In this document: one piece after another, positions 31,084 through 32,000 of the stretch
Layout of the letters: the number at the start of each line of letters is the position of its first letter
Numbering within the stretch: the first letter of the stretch is position 1
DNA from: Mycoplasmoides pneumoniae FH
GTDB taxonomy: Bacteria; Bacillota_I; Bacilli_A; Mycoplasmatales; Mycoplasmoidaceae
Length of the DNA: 32,000 nt
Assembly: GCF_001272835.1 (NCBI RefSeq)
Contig: NZ_CP010546.1
Coordinates: forward strand, 332,809 to 364,808
Reading direction: 5' to 3'
The notes under the pieces: model-generated
Databases searched by the model: none
Told to the model about the DNA's origin: nothing
Seen by the model: the letters and a program-made list of their open reading frames with translations, nothing else
Program-made: the position numbers and the translations under genes

Positions 31084-32000
31084 ATGAATGATACTGACAA
31101 GAAGTTCCCCTTGCAACCAGTTTATGACACTGGGTTTGATGATGGGTATTTACAGCGTGATTATGAAAAGCGTTTAGAAAGTGCTGCTGCTAATGATGCA
31201 CAAACAGTGGAACTACAAACCCAGCTGTTAGCAGAGATTAAAAACCTTGAAAACGAAATCAAGGCCCTAAAGGCGCAGGAATCACGCCAACCCGATCCGC
31301 ACAACAATGCCCGGATTCAAAGCTTAGAAGCTAGCTTAAACCGTTTGGTCAATGAGTACAACAACTTTGAATTCCAAAAGAACTATATGGTTGATCGGGT
31401 AGCAGAGTTAAATAACAAAGCGCGTTTTTTTAAGGACGAATTAAAGCGTCTCCAACAAGAAAACGCCGCTTTTGTTAATTCCCGTTATGCCAATTGAGCT
31501 GACTTTCAATCCAACTATCAGCTCAAATTAGACCAGTTTCAAGCGTTAATTGACCAGCAAAACCAAACAATTAAGCAGCTCAACGAACAGATTGCAGCTA
31601 ACCAGGGCTTAATTGATCAAAACGTACAGCGCTTACAGCAAAACCACAGTTTAGACCAACAAGAACGTGACGCCTTACTGTATGAGGTTGACCATTTATA
31701 CAACGAACTGTACGAACTTGAAAACCAAAAACGCTTAGTGGGCATCGAGTATGAAGCCACATACCAGGACTTGGTGAGTGCGGATGCGGAGTTGCAAAAC
31801 GTTTATGAAACAATTGCCCAAAACCAGGCCAACTTCCAAAAGCAGTGTGATGCTTATTGAGCACAGCTCAAGCAAGTAGAACAGCAAATTCAAACGACAA
31901 AGCAAGAATTGGTTGATGAAGAATCGGCACTTAAGGTGCGTTTAAATGACGCTGATTTTTACATTAACTCACGCTTAGCAGAATTAGATGATTTAACTAG
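31084..32000 (+). CDS. hmw2: HMW2 cytadherence accessory protein, 5' part (continues outside window)
   Basis: MNDTDKKFPLQPVYDTGFDDGYLQRDYEKRLESAAAND... long coiled coil continuing through TGA=Trp at 31495. Confidence 0.92.

Overview
The window reads as Mycoplasma pneumoniae (or a very close relative), about 32 kb. UGA encodes Trp (genetic code 4), so the supplied ORF track cuts many genes at TGA; I re-joined them by hand. Left part (1-13.8 kb, accessory and repeat-rich): three paralogous surface lipoproteins (one intact, two interrupted by 1-nt homopolymer frameshifts); two type I specificity (hsdS) loci with no hsdM/hsdR visible; one hsdS carries 17 tandem copies of a 12-nt repeat (ELSA) and the other is split by one in-frame TAG; two DUF16/UPF0134-type coiled-coil ORFs; a GC-rich P1-adhesin-like RepMP2/3 pseudogene copy; and repeated intergenic elements that look like a family of terminators plus a candidate minus-strand small RNA. 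Right part (13.8-32 kb, mostly conserved core): tsaB, a RluA-type pseudouridine synthase and lspA (-), then a DJ-1/PfpI-like gene, an unknown gene, rpsU, a DivIVA/GpsB-like gene, acpS, plsC, a DHFR-like::ScpA fusion, scpB, pfkA, pyk, an 8-tRNA cluster, a decayed arginine deiminase locus (arcA and argI frameshifted, arcC intact, APC permease), p65 and the 5' end of hmw2. The most interesting points are (1) the DHFR-like domain fused to ScpA, with canonical DHFR catalytic/folate residues substituted; (2) a repeated, structure-conserved candidate minus-strand sRNA (possibly peptide-coding) ending in its own terminator convergent with + strand terminators; (3) the 17-copy ELSA repeat in HsdS and the amber-split second HsdS; (4) a DUF16 gene that appears to start at AUU behind a near-perfect Shine-Dalgarno. 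No CRISPR array, phage or transposase was found. No database was searched; homology calls rest on recognised motifs and remembered family sequences.
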